Of a stretch of DNA of 64,000 bases, positions 24,901-39,900 are shown in pieces. The DNA lies in NCBI RefSeq assembly GCF_021869535.1, contig NW_026262734.1, forward strand, positions 44,640,001 to 44,704,000, given 5' to 3'. Both the position numbers and the translations under genes were made by a program. The notes under the pieces were generated by a model, which was not told the origin of the DNA, did no database searches, and saw only the letters and a program-made list of their open reading frames with translations. The stretch comes from Mytilus californianus (lineage: Eukaryota). Position 1 is the stretch's first letter. Each line of letters begins with the position of its first letter.

Positions 24901-27900
24901 GCGATACTTTGTTTTAAAGACTTCGATAACTTGCATGTTAGAAAAAAACAAATATAACGGCAATGTGAGGCAGGTCATGAAAAAGTAAAATGATACTGTG
25001 GGCAATTAAAACCAATCAGTCGAAGTAATACAGCAAACACCATTGCAGAATTATCAATCACTAAAAAAAATGTAGTCTAAAAAATTCATGGCTTAAAAAA
25101 GACGAACCACAACAGACACAAAGGGCACATTTGGATGTATTATCGTTTTTCCTGAAATTCACACTTTTCATATTAGTTATTTTATTATCCAATGATTGGA
25201 AACATATCCAACCAACCGAAAAATGCAATACACAATAATGGATGGATTAATGTCTTTGTCGAACCGTAAGATTTTTCCTAAGTTTGCCTGACTGCAGTTT
25301 AATGTAAATGTCCTTACCCAAATACAAGACCGGCTTTAGACAGGTCAAAATGAAGTTCATCTTTTTCTTTACGAAGGAAAGACAAGACCATTATCAATAG
25401 AACACAAATACAACACATAACACTGACCAAAAACAAAGCGAACACCTTTAACGAATAAGGGTTGAACTCAGATGCTACAAAAGGGTGAGGATGTACTGCT
25501 TCACTGATGGCTCGGGTTTCTCATATTTGGTGATTAAAAAGTATTTTGCGATGACAAAAATTACGAAAGAAAGACGAGATCGTAACTACGAAACATTAAA
25601 CATTTCCGTTTTTATTTATAAATCGGATATGACGTCTTTAAAACGTTCGAAAGGATAACTTATACTTTTGCATTAGGTGAACAGTTGGTTCATCGAGAAA
25701 TGTTGACCAAATGTTTGTTCAAAAACACATCACCATAAGATAACATATATGTTTTCAATAAATTAATAAAACTTTTTGGGGATGTCAGTTGTAAATACCT
25801 TTTCTTCATGCAGATTCTATGTAGGTTTTTCTAATTCATAGGTCTACGTTCTTGTATACATTTGTACCGACCTTGCCATTCCTTTTAATGAAACAAAGAT
25901 TGGCTTATTCCTTCAACCTGTCCTTTGAGAATGTTTGTGTGACAGGATGAAAAGTTGACTGTTTTATACGATTGCACGAGGAATGGGATATTGTTTGTAG
26001 CTACTCTATCAGATACTTGGATGTTTTGATATACACATCTGGGTCACACTCCGCTCTTTAGAGTATTTAGTTTTATGCTAACACAGATTTAGATTCTTAT
26101 TACAATAAACATTTGTCATTTGGATGTCGTAAATAAAGTCAGTAGGAGTATACAGCTGTTCAAAAGTCAAAAAATACTTAAGAAAAAACAAATCCGGGTT
26201 ACAAAATACAAAATACAAAATTTGTCGGATCCACCATATACATGTATCATTGGTCAGTCTTGTTGGCCGTCATCTATTATCTGTAATTTGGGTACCCGGT
26301 AGACAGAAGATCAAATCAGATTTATTATTGATCGTAAATATTAAAGAACAGAACAGACCTAGATTGTCCAGCAGAAGGTATCATTGGAATATATTACGGG
26401 TTTTTAAGTAAACTGGCAATGCCTTATTACCTGATATAGCATTTTCTCACTCACAAATTGTTGTTTTGGGATTTGGCTGCTGGATCAACAACATATTTTA
26501 CCAGACATGTGTCGAGCCGCATTGGTGTCTTTGAGGATAAGATGTAGTATGTGTGTTCATAGTCCCGTTATGTTTTATATTTGAATCTGTATTTACGACC
26601 GTATACCTAAAATCGTTCAGAATGAGTAAGATATTTTTCATTAAATGTATTTAATTAGACTGCATAATGTTCGACCCTGCGTGTCACACATCAGAAAGAC
26701 AATTATATGGTCAAACTTTTTTACGAGAACTGTCTTTTGATATATAAAAGAGAAATTGCCAAAGTGTAATCAGAAATAGCTTCCCAATTATGAACTTTTC
26801 ATTTCTATACAACACAATAATAGCAGCGCCAACATTGGGAGTATATATCACCCAGTTGATACGATATTCCTAAGCTTGCGTTTCCTCTCATTGTATACAA
26901 GCATTTTATTGTTCTTGTATTTAATAAACGGATGAGACACAAATTTTATAACTTAGTAATGTCTTCTCCTCTCATAATTTCTTTGATATAGTGTTTCTGC
27001 TTACAACGAAGCTATTGATTGAAACAAGGGTTGCAAGTGGTATATTTTAAGTTTTCCCGACTACCTTTATGTTCCAATTGTCCTCTTTTCTTCGATTGTA
27101 ACTTCACCGATTGAGACTTTTCACTGCATTTATACTTACTATAAGCAACTTTCATAGTACGTGTTGCTTAGTCTTTGGTTTTGTATGTAGTGTTTTGTGA
27201 ACTTGTTTGTCTTTTCTTTTTTTTTTTTTTTTTTTTACGTGATGTTGTCTCTTCGACCTAGAGAATTTCTGTCTCTTTTTTAAGACCGAGTTTTCGATGT
27301 AAGATTCTGCAACACACTCTGATGTTGAAAATATTTATTTTCCATCATGTTTTTTTTGTCACAAACTATGTTATTTTTCCAAGTCTGCATTCACCGGATC
27401 ACGTAATATTTTGACAATATCACATCTAGCTAAAGAGAGGCGAAAGATATCAAAAGAACATTCAAACTCATAAGCCGAAAATAAACTGACAACGCCATGG
27501 CTAAAAATAAAAAACACCAGCAAACAAACAACAGTACACAAAACACAACATAGAAAACTAAAGACTGAGCAACACGAGCCCAAAAAGTCAAAAGTAAGAA
27601 CAAGTAAGAATTAAAAAAACTTATTATAAATATCAGGATTAAAATTTTTACTCCAGATGCACGTTCCGATTATAAAAGACTCATCATTGACGCTGGAATC
27701 AAAACAAATAAAAAGGCCAAATAAAATTGGATTTCTGGTAGAAATATATATAACGTCAATTGAATAGTAGGTAAGAGTAAACACGCAGCAAAACAATCTC
27801 AAAAAGATATCTAGAGATAAACTTAGGACTTAGGACAATACAATATGTCAAGCTGACAACAGCACCACAGTCCAAAGAAAACTGTGAAACTCCGGTCACT

Positions 27901-30900
27901 GACAAGGTTCTTGACTTATGTAAAGGTATTAAAATAGTTTGTTTTTTATCTTAAATTCCCTCTTTTTGAAATAACAAGACAGTGCAAAAACAATCAGTGT
28001 TGGATTTGTCTTAAAATTTTAATACCGGTTTTATAAATAGAAAAATAAAAAACCACAATTAACATAATCACATTAAACATTCAAAGAAAGCTCGTAATTA
28101 ATTAAACAAAGCTCAACACAGGTATATGTTACCTACCGAATGAAATCATGTCGCACTTATTTTGATGTCGGTGACTGTACTTCGGAGTAGAAGCCTTTCA
28201 ATAATGTCATTATAAGTTAAAAACAAAAACACGAAATGTTGCAAAGATAATGCAAAAAGAATAGAATAAATAGTCTAGTCTTTCAAACTATAAAAAATAT
28301 GTTCATCACAAATTATACCAGACGTACTAATTTAGCAACGTCAAGTTAACTAGAATCTGAATAATAAATTTGAATACGTCTGAAGGAAAACTAAAATGAC
28401 AAATGATAAACTTTTCAAGGACTATACATCCCTTTTGATAACAAACTGAAAAAGTGATCCTCTTTTTTATATATTGGAGTTTAAAAAAAAACAGTGTTAA
28501 TTGTCTACCAATATTTTATCATTTAGCTTCTAACGTTTTCACGTATTAATACGTATTCCTTAATTTTAAATATTAGGATTGAGCATTCCTGATGAAAATA
28601 AATCCCGAAAACCGCCTACGACGCACGGAATTTTCATTTACCACAAACACTGACCAGTTTTAACTTTGTTAATCGAGAGAACAAATTCAATGTGAATTTT
28701 AACAACAGTTTACCCCCAAAAAATGAAAAAAATTTTCCTAACAAACTATATTTGCTTCTTGTTTTTTTTAATGTGCATATACTGATATAATGTCATGGGT
28801 GGATACCCCATATCCTTTCTTTTCTGTTATATCATTCTTGTTCGACAAAATAACAACGAAAAACATACATACAAAGGAAAACCTGTGTAATAACATTATG
28901 TGTATGAAGTTTAACATGTACACCAGCAAATTGCAGCAAACTAGTAGTAATATTTCTATTGAAAGATTATCTTGGTTTATTTGAATCAGATCTGCATATC
29001 GTATAATGAATATATTTCTTTAATATGTTTAAATGTTTGTTCAAGGAGTGAAGCATACTAACGTAACATGTGATGAATGTTATACATATCCTCTGCGTGG
29101 AATACGATGGAAATGTCTTCACTGCGACAGCTATGACCTCTGTTCAGTCTGCTATATGGTTGATGAACACAATGTCAATCACATCTTCAGCCGTATTCAA
29201 AGTGAAGATTCGAAAGGGTAATAATCAGTTTTTATTCATATATTTTTTTTCCTGTACTATTATATGTCATTTTGTTTTAATTTTTAAAAAATACAATGTT
29301 TTATTTTGTTGGCATGAATTTCGTATCGACCAAACGTACTGAAAGTTAATTTCGACTTCTGGACGTGTAGAAACTAAGGTTAAAGTTCGGTAAGTGCGCA
29401 ACTTAGCCCAATATTAAGTCCATTGTTTCAAGTCAAAAAGTGTGTCTAGTTAATAAATTGACATGTAAGTAAAGTCAAATATAACCATTTCTGTCGATCC
29501 TTCTTGATAAAGCGTTGACATTTACATTCTAAATTGAAAATTCGTCTAGATTTCATCCACTTTCAGGCCTAATAAACCTAGAGCGTAGAGTTATAAACTA
29601 AATAGTCAATTAAAGTTAGATATATAATTGTTGATGACAAGCATAATGTCAAAAGATTATTTTTGTCGACTTATGTGCTGTATGAAATATATCTAGCTTA
29701 CTAGCACTATATATTAATTCCATATCCCAAATCATTAAATTTGAAAGCTTTAAAAAGGATTGTATAGTAATAAATTAAATCCTATGTTCGTATTCAACTA
29801 CTACAAATATTTGTAGGATTAAATAAAGAGCGCAAAAATATTGAACCGGTATTAAAAACCATTGATGTTGTTATCACATGATGGTTTGTACAACAGTAAT
29901 GTTAAGCCGCATCAGAGATTGTCCAGTAAATTAACCTATATCGGTATATAATTTTAAATATTTTGTCGGCTTTAATACAGAGTGCCAAAATATCTTCCTT
30001 TATTTCAAAATAGTAAACCGGGATTAACATCAGCAGTCTTGATTTCTCAGGATGGTTTATTTATTAAAAATGCTTGCCTGCATGAATAAGCACTGGCAAT
30101 ATTTGTACTTTATAATTCAAATTGATGCTTTCATTATAAAACAGCAAACGTGTTTACTCAAAATGGATTTTATAATAATAAATGATACCAATATTGTTAT
30201 ACAATTACTACAAACATTTATTGGCTATTATTTACACTGTCAACATTTTAAAATGATGAATAAAATTAAAAAAAAAAAAAAACACATTATAAATTGTATG
30301 CGTCCGAATTGCTTTTTTTAAATCACGATGGAAAGTACATCGAGAGGACTTATTGTGAACAAAGCAACTTGAAAATAATGTAACTATCCTGTCATATCAA
30401 TATAGTTCTTCTGAAGCTTTTAATCCGTCTTCGAAAATAAGGCTTTTTGTTAAAGCGATTCGCTCGGGTATTTTTTCTTTGTTTGAATATTCGAAATGGT
30501 TTTACGCGTTTTTAACGCAATCTTATAATTGTTCTCTCAATTGAAAAGGCCTCTAATACAACATTCGAGGTATCTTATTAATGTATTTTTATGTGACTTA
30601 ATCATTGTTGTTAATTGTTGAGGTCGATTTTGAAAGAATAATTTACTACAATGTACTTGTTCCATTAGACCTTTGTTGCAGGTTTTAATTTTTTTAACTT
30701 TGTTTTTAAATTAAAAGGATATTTTAGGCTAAATGACAATTGATACCAATACATACTTTTTGAAAGCTGGAAACAAATCAAAAATTAAAATAAGCCAGCA
30801 TTCCGTTTAACAGGTTTTTGCATTCTGATATTGTATCATATAAGCTGTTAGTACCAATATAAAAAAAAATCACGAATGAGCGAAACAAAACATCTCAAAA

Positions 30901-33900
30901 ACCTGCATACTGCATGTACTGTGTAACGCAGCTGAAATTGTATGACATCTTTATCAAATATATAAGAACAGTTTGAAACACTTTGAAACATTATATTTAT
31001 AAATACTTGTAACAATCTACGGCCAATATACATAAAGAAAGAAATGCGGTTCTTATAATGCGAAATTTGAATTAACTAGTATATAGGTATAATTATTTAA
31101 ACCAGAAGTTCTTGATTAAATGTATTTTTTTCGGCTAATATATCTTGTTTGACTTGAACGTTTTATTGATAGCAACTGTAAAAGTCTATATATACACTTT
31201 GTATACTTTATCAACTTTCTTATTGGAGTACGACGGGTGAGACAATTGGAACAGGATTTGCTGACACTTCTGGGGAAAGTAAGGTCACCCGAAATTGTTG
31301 TAGGACTTGTGATGCTCAGTATTCAGTTTTTTTGTAGTGTTTTGTGAACATTTCCTAGTATTTTTCTATATTTTCGTTCAACATATGCATGTTAATGAAA
31401 ACATAGACTATTTATATTGCACTTAACATACTTTGTTCCAGTTTTACAAAACTGACGACTAAAAAAAAAATATATTAGATTACTTCATAAAAAAAAATAG
31501 TTATGTTTCTGTGTTACAGAAAAGAAATGCCACCACGGTTTGATGTTAAGTTGACAGGCTATGCATTTGCATGTGGCATACTAGAGAATGCAGAAGTTTC
31601 GCTTCGGAAAGATAACAGAAAAAAAGGTATAAGAATTACAGATTGGATGTCAGGTTTTACATTTGAATTCGAGTTTTTTCCTCTGGGGTAGTTTTCAGGA
31701 GAATGTTTATGATAAACATAACTGCTTGAAATTCTATAAAAACACTTCTCGTTTTTTTGTGACATGTTTTTTGTCCATATGCGATCAAAGTCGATTTAGG
31801 AATACTGAAATTAGAATAATTGCCATATTTTGCAAGTTGACAGGTCATGTTTGTTTTGTTTTATACTGTCTGTCCTGTGCTTTGAACAGAACATGTATAC
31901 ACTGATGATGCTAAAATAAATACATATGACGTAAACGTAAAAATTGAACCAGTTATGTTTGGAAAATTTTAGAATGATGTCATTGCTAACAATGATTCAT
32001 ATATGCTGATTTTATTATTTGAAAATTCATGATGATTCTAGGTTTTAGTATACATTATAAGGCCATTAAATTTTGTAACAAGGATACATGTAGTAGGGAT
32101 TGGCTCGACTACTGAAAGAGGTTATCAATTATTAATCGGTTACTTGAAGTATTTTTGTGCAATCAATTATTATTCGATTACTCGGATTTTGTTTGTAATA
32201 TATTACAATCGATTACTTTATCAAAAATTATAACATAACTTTTCAGTTACTGTGATATACGTGCTACAACATAACCCAACATTATTAAGAAATTTAAACA
32301 CCATTATTTCGACGTTTGTTGGTATTTTTCCAAAGAACACCATTTTGAATCGTGCATAAAAAAATATTACCAAAATACCAAACTCAAATTGAAATTCAAA
32401 AAGGCAACTTCATAAAAACTCACAAAACCAAACGTTATCAACTAACGGAAGGAGTGGAAAACAACTGTAATATACCTTAAAACCGAAGTCGGTGATCATA
32501 TGATTATTTTCTATCATTACAACGGAAATTTCTACATGTTCTGTATCAACAACATACAATTTGTTAAGATTACCTATAGAGCTGAAATTAGAGATTTGAT
32601 GATTTCAAAACAAATTTGAGAACTTTTTTCGCCGATTTTATGTTTTTTTTTTTGTTTTACAAATGTTTAACCATTTGGGGAGAAATTCAATCAGTAATAT
32701 TTCACAAATGAAAAGAGATTAATGCGTTTTTTTTTTCGATTTTAAGTTAAAGTTGAATGCTACATTTTACCAAAAGCTGACATAGCAGATTTACGTGATA
32801 TTCTATTGTGATAATTAGATTTTGACATACCTACGTTGAAATAGAAAGCACCATTAACTTTTTACTGTGATAGTATCTAAATGATGTTTCAATTAAAGGT
32901 GTTGTACTAGCAATACAAGATGATGAAATCGACGTACACTGGTTGTCTAATCATAAAAGAAGTCGACACAATATACTGGAACTACAATGCGAGGACACAA
33001 CATCACGGCAGTTTTATCCGGATCATCTTCCGATACTTGGAAAAGGTTACTATCATTTACTCTTCAAACCATGTTCTTATAATACATGATGACGACTGTA
33101 CTAAAATAAAAAGATAATATTGAACTTACCTAAAACATAGGCAGCATGGAGTTAAACCAGACTATTGATACAAATTGTATGTATAACTCGTATACAGTAA
33201 TCGAAAAGTAGAAAATACCAAATAGATTACATCTCAACATTTGACACTATAAATATGGTTCAATTTGAAACTCCCCTTAAAAAGTAAGTTTCGAAGCTTA
33301 GTCTTAAGTCATAATATATTGGAAGGAAGTACCGCCGTTACAAAGCACATATCTGTATCATTTTTACAATGAATGTTCCGGGTCAAAATTTTGAAAGACC
33401 AATACAGAATATTAAATATCGGTATTTCATATTATATTTATATCTAAAGATTTGTGGAGCAATACTTATAAAACATGTAAAAGTAAATGCTATATGAATA
33501 AGAGGAAATTATATCGTATTGCCAAATCTTTCAGCACAACAAATGGCTTTTTGCAGTGTATATATTTGTTTGCATGCAATGGTACAATTTACAAAACTCA
33601 TTACATTTAAACAAAGATTGACAGTGAAATATATAGATGAACACAATTAAGGGTTGAGTAATGCTGAAACAAAACATTAAGTTCTTGTTCAGTATTATTT
33701 GACCTCATGTCAATGAGGTCAATGTTGTGAATGAAAAGTAACTAAGAGAGAGGTTGAAAAAGAGAGGTATTGATAATTTGTTTCTAACGATATATGCAAA
33801 GGACGAGGTCTTATTTTATCTCGTTGTTTTTTTCCATTAACCTGGATATAGTGTTCACCATTGAATGAGAATTCTGTCAGAAGGTACAAAAAGGGACGGC

Positions 33901-36900
33901 AATAAGAGAGCACAAGAATTTGACGTGAAAAGGGTCTTCAAACAAAGAAATTTTAAAATGACATGTCTTATTAGACGCCAATTTGAGACCGAACGTCGGT
34001 CTGAGTCCAATACATATATATGCAATTGAAACATATTTAACCTTTAGAGAGTATAATACACTCGTCGACGATTGTTAAACGCTTGTACAACATGTGTTCT
34101 AAATGCTTTTTTAATAAAGGTGATTATTTAAATAGATACTCTAGGCCACCTTGACGTTGATTTCAGCCTCAACAATATAAAACAAAAGGTAAATGATATA
34201 TGCACGTACACTGTAAGCTATTTTTTTTAATAGAATAAATATTTTCTACAATTTCATACATATATTAAAGATATAAACAGAAATCCTTCATTTCATCTGT
34301 CTGTTAGTCGTCCGTCTCCGCACTGGATATTAGAAACTATCGAGTCCAAATAATGTTTGCCTTGGTTGTTTTGACACAAAGACTATGGAACGTTATAAAC
34401 ACGTTCAAAGCTAAGTCTTACTGTACCAGTGAATAATCTATGAATTACATATTTGAATGGAATATATATTTAGGTGAGTGACATTTTAGAATAGCCTCTT
34501 AGTTAATGAATTTAATGTACCAACTTAGCATACGACTATATTATATATCATTCGAAAGCCAATTATTTGAACTTTCTGTTTTGCCGGATAGTCGATAAAT
34601 CGTATGGTGCAACTTTCGTTTAATCAAGTTCGAAGGTCAAAAATTAACATATCTAAATTTTGCCAAAAATAAAAATAAATTAAACAAAAAATCTTTTCTG
34701 GATCTTGTATATAGTTTCGTTTTCTAAAAAACGTATGAATTGTACATTGTATATAACAGAATACAATAATTGAAAATCTTTAAATTAATAGTTAATTGCG
34801 CAATAGTTATAGAAAATTGTTATTCATATAAAAATCCCCCAAAAAGTTTGAATTACTGTTGAATCAAATAATTGCTTACTAAAGTAGATCAATATCTTTA
34901 TTCCCAAAATAAACGCGTTTATCGTTAAAGTTTATAGTTCAAGGAAATTTTGTTCATTGATTGAAACTACAATTGTTGTATATTATCGTGGAGTACAATT
35001 CCTTCGTGAGTTATTCGCTTTAATCTTTTAAAATTTTAAGAAAAACTGTATTTGCGAAAGGGCGGAATTTTGGAAAACTGTGTAAGTTGGTCTGATTGGT
35101 TTTTAAATTAGCAGTCAGCTTTACTAGAGCCAATTGATGATGTCAAAATATTCTTCAGCAGATGGTGGAATTTTGGGAACTGATTGGTTTTTAGATTAGC
35201 AATCAGCTTCATTAGTGTCAATTGATGATGTCAAGAACTTTCTAAGCACTGAATAACGGATAGTGATTGATTTGAGCTTATTAAGTTTGACAAATACAAA
35301 TATTTTGGTTTTCAATCATTTTTTTTTTCATTTTCACTGAAATTTCCTAAAAAAGGCGTTTTTTAGTGAAAGAAAAATCATTCATGTTTTATTGCATTTA
35401 ATCTATGTTCTAAACGTTTTTCTTGTTTTCATACATTGTATTATTATTCGATAGACATACTAAGCAAAATTGCTTATATATTAAAAAATAAGATGTAGTT
35501 CGTCCTCGACCTTTGATCTTGATTTTACGGACATTGCACCGTAAGAATATTTTACGACGTCGACCGGATAAAAAAGATGCATGTAATTCAAATGACATGC
35601 TTTCGAATGGTGTATGATTAAGCCATATGCTTGGTGGTTGCATTTTAAATAACTTTTATAATTGATGGCACTCGCCTAATTGAAAAAAGGCCACCAACAG
35701 TAAGCACATCCCAAAAATAGTATATAAGGATATAACATTTTGTATATTAAGAAAAGTGATTGTAAACGTTTAATTAAGATACACATTAAATTATACAGAT
35801 TCAGGTGAACATTCGATATCGGATCGAAAAGAAACAGAAACGCTCATATAAACCTGTGTTGTATCTCATCTTCGCAAACAATCAAGACACAGATCACAAA
35901 AAAGACAGATGTACACTTATGGATGAAATCTTTGAATATTCAAGTAAGTAACTCTAAAGTTTTTATATTATAGTTTTATAATGCATCAAGTTTGTTATGT
36001 CTATAACTCTTTATTTCTGCTTTCTATCATGCAAGACGTATTACAAGAACTCATTTTCTTGTATCTAGGTTATAATAATTATTTCTTAATATGATTCCGA
36101 TTTTTCTTTAACATTAACGAAAGAGAAACGAAAGATATTAAAGTGACATTCAAACTCGTCAGTCAAAAAAAAACTTGCAATTCCATGGCAAAAAACGAAA
36201 AACGACAAAAAGGTCAAACAAAAGTAAACGAAACACAACACAGTGTGCACGAAATTGACTACTTTGGTTCAGGCTTGAAAAATGCTGATATTATTGTTTA
36301 CTATTATCATAGTTTAAAAATCATTTCAAAATAAAGGAATGTATTTTCCTAATGCCTAGCTCAAATTATTTTTCGAGTTTTGGCTTTAATTTGATCCTTT
36401 TTGGTTTTATTAGCCCTCAAATATTTCTATTAGTATAGACTTTGAAATATTTTGGCCTCGATAAAAACAGAAAAGGCATTTAAAATTATTGTCGAATTGC
36501 GCACGTGGTGCAGTTAAATTGGAAACATTTACGTTATTGAAAAAAAATAATTGTAAAGAACTGAACTTATTTCAAGAAAAATAAATGAGCATAAGTACTT
36601 AACGTATTTTCTCATTTCGGCCTATGATATCTTCTAACTAAATCCATTTCTCAGACTTTTGATTTTGTTACCAAAAAACTATCGACGAAAGTTAACTTGT
36701 ATTCTAACTTGAATTGTAGACTTCTCAACTGCATAATACTCAAAAAGTATAACTGTATCATAAATATGAAGTATAAACCTGTTCCTCTGATATCTTTCGC
36801 CTCTCTTTTTCAAGAGGATACTGACAAAAATGTAATACGATTAGCGATAAAATAGATGAAAAAATGTTGTTCCGGATGTCTGTTAAGTACACAGATCGAT

Positions 36901-39900
36901 AATCAATATAAATTTTTGATGTATTGAACTGGAACTTTATACGATTGTGGTTCTTCCGTCAAATTTACAGATGTTACAAAATTCCGTTTCATTTACAGAT
37001 GTTACAAAATTCCATCACATTTGCAGTTGTTACAACATTCCATCACATTTGCAGATGCTACAAAATTATGTCACATTTACAGATGTTACAAAATTACGTC
37101 ACTTTTACAGATGTTACAAAATTACGTCACATTTACAGATGTTACATAATTCCGTCACATTTACAGATGTCGTCTCATTTACAGATGTAACAACATTCCG
37201 TCACATTAACAGATGCTACAAAATTACGTCACATTTACAGATGCTACAAAATTATGTCACGTTTACAGATGTTACAAACTGAACGTGCATAAACATGATG
37301 TACCCATGATACTTGTCATAGCCATGCACAATGACATTCTCTTTCGCTTTGTTATGTAGTAAACGTTTGTACGTCACAAGACACGAATGTGTTCATTATG
37401 AACATGATGAACTTTCACATTTTATGTAGTAACATTTAAGCAGTAGCCATATTCCAATCTTTTTGTTCTCGTTTAATACTATCGACAAATGCAACTTGTC
37501 AACGAAATTTTAAATTAATCAGCAGCATAAAAGGAGCCCCTTGTTCAGCAGTTGAAGCTTAGATTTTTTGGACCACCTCATGTTTTTTCGTTGGGATATC
37601 TTTTTTAGATTACGTGTAGTATTTTATGGACGGATATAGGGTTTTTTCTGTTTTGCTTAGTTGTTGTCTGTTTTCCTTCGAAATATGAATTTTTATGTTC
37701 CACTTTTTGAACTTAATACGTTTTTTTTTCTTAAACGAATATAATTTTCAAAAATGTAGATACTTTTATATTAGCTTAATGACATATCGCAATATAATTC
37801 TGAAACGATGGTCTTACAGAAAAGACAAAATTGCCATGCCATGTCATCGGAAAGAAAGTACTGTTTCTACATGGTTCTTCGCGAGTTGTATGTATTCACC
37901 ATACCACTAGTGATCATACAATCAAGGTAACTGTAGATTATAATTGAAATAACAAATTATTTGTTTTTACATAAATACGTTATTATATCAATCATTCGCA
38001 ATAAAACTTATACTTATCAAACAGGTTTATTTTTAAACTTTTATTGTACGGGGGAAATCTCTACAAAAGATTATCATTTAAACAAACTGTGATTCACTTT
38101 CAACTTGGTACATAGACTATGCTAATATATAGCTGAATTTAACACCTATCGATAAAAAACCGAAGCCCAAGATAAGCGTGTCTTATAAAAATTGTTCAAT
38201 TTTAAATAATGCTGCAGCTAACTCAAAACGTGTTTTCACATGCAATTGATATGACATGTGTCATAACTTTGATTTACATGATGAACTTTCTTGATCTGTC
38301 CATGTCATGTTACTGAAGCTAATGTTGCACGATCGTCAGGACACATTGGGTAAACATGTTTTACGTCTTCGTTCTTTCTTTTCACACTTTCGGTCTCGAT
38401 GATGACGGTTATTCCAAACACGTGTATTATACATGTTCATTGAAATCACATATTTGTTTAACTCTTTTTTTCTGATTTAAAAAAAAAACAAAGCTTGAAA
38501 ATACGAATGCTGTAAAACATGTTTGATAACACTAACTGTCATCATATCTCATTCAAGAAGTTTTAGTTTGACATGGAAATTGCCATGCTCATAGGTTAAG
38601 CTGTTAGTGTGTTTTATTTCTTCTTTGTTATGCATTCTGTTCTACATATCTGTTCTGTGTTCTGTATTGTCCTCCGCATTTCATGTCTTATTAACATCTT
38701 TTTCAAGATTGTGTTTTACTTTGGTATCAAAATAGTTTGTTTAATAGTTATTTGATATAATGAATTGATCTAATTTTTTGTTTTAATCATAAATAGGAAT
38801 TAGTAAAGAAAGGATTTCGAATTTTCGAAAGAGGGGATACTAACACAGAAGAAAGTGAAATCAAATACTTCATAAGAATGGCAGAATGTATGTATTCCAA
38901 TAGTTCAAATGAGGATCGGTTAAGAAAAAAATTTACAACAACAGAGATAATTTCAGCTTTCTAAGTGTGAACTTTCAATTTCTATGTAGCAATTTTTCAG
39001 CAGCGACTGCATATGGAATATATATATATATATATATATATATCCCAGTTAATACTATATTCCAGGGCTTGCGTTTCTTATCATGAGTTCCTGCTTGATG
39101 CTCATAAGGAAGTTATTTAACAAAGAGTTCTAAGTTGAAATCATCCCTTCGAAATTTTACGGACGCCATCACGAGTTATGTTTCACAGATGACAACGCAT
39201 ATGTTCCAATCGTCGTAACCACAATCCCGTTCTCATTTCCCCCGAATTTGACAAACCGAATTAGACTTATACCGGGTTTGTACTTAGATGAGCAACATGA
39301 CGTGTGTCCAGGATCTGCTTACCCTTCCGGAACACCGGCGATCATCCCCGGTTATTGGTAGGGTCCTTGCTGCTAATTTTTTGTTTTCTATGTTTTATTT
39401 TGTATAAATAAAGGCAACAGTAGTATACCGATGTTCGAAACTCATAAATCGATAGAGATAAAAACAAATCCGGGTTACAAACTAAAACTGAGGGAAACGC
39501 ATCAAATATAAGAGGAGAACAACGACACAACAAAAACACAACATTAAAATGTAACACACACAGAAACGAACTATAATATAACAATGGCCATTTTCTTGAC
39601 TTGGTACAGGACATTTTAAGATAAAAATGGTGGGTTGAATCTGATTTTGTGGCATGCCGCACCTCCCGCTTTTATGGCAACGTCAAACACAACATCAAAA
39701 CGACAATATCACATGATACTGTTGTTTGTCTTTTGTTTTCATTGTTTTTTTATTTGCCATAACTTTATTTTCGACTTATGGGCTTGAAAGTCCCTTTGGT
39801 ATTTTGTCGTCTCTCTTTTGAAATGTTTTTGTTTGCTTTCTCATCCAATAGACTAGCCATAAAACAAGGGCATTCCATATTTTGTTCGTAAAAAATAAAT

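Noticed and set aside
31229-31278. Apparent exon with gtaagg donor
   Set aside because: Lies in a decayed dispersed repeat and is not needed; exons 29217 and 31520 already join in phase.
15010-33045. Calling the gene MIB1/MIB2
   Set aside because: No REP, ankyrin or RING exons follow the MZM module; the frame continues into TRPM-like exons.
36924-37282. Repetitive ORFs (also 15530-15851)
   Set aside because: Translations of 28-bp and 39-bp minisatellites inside introns.
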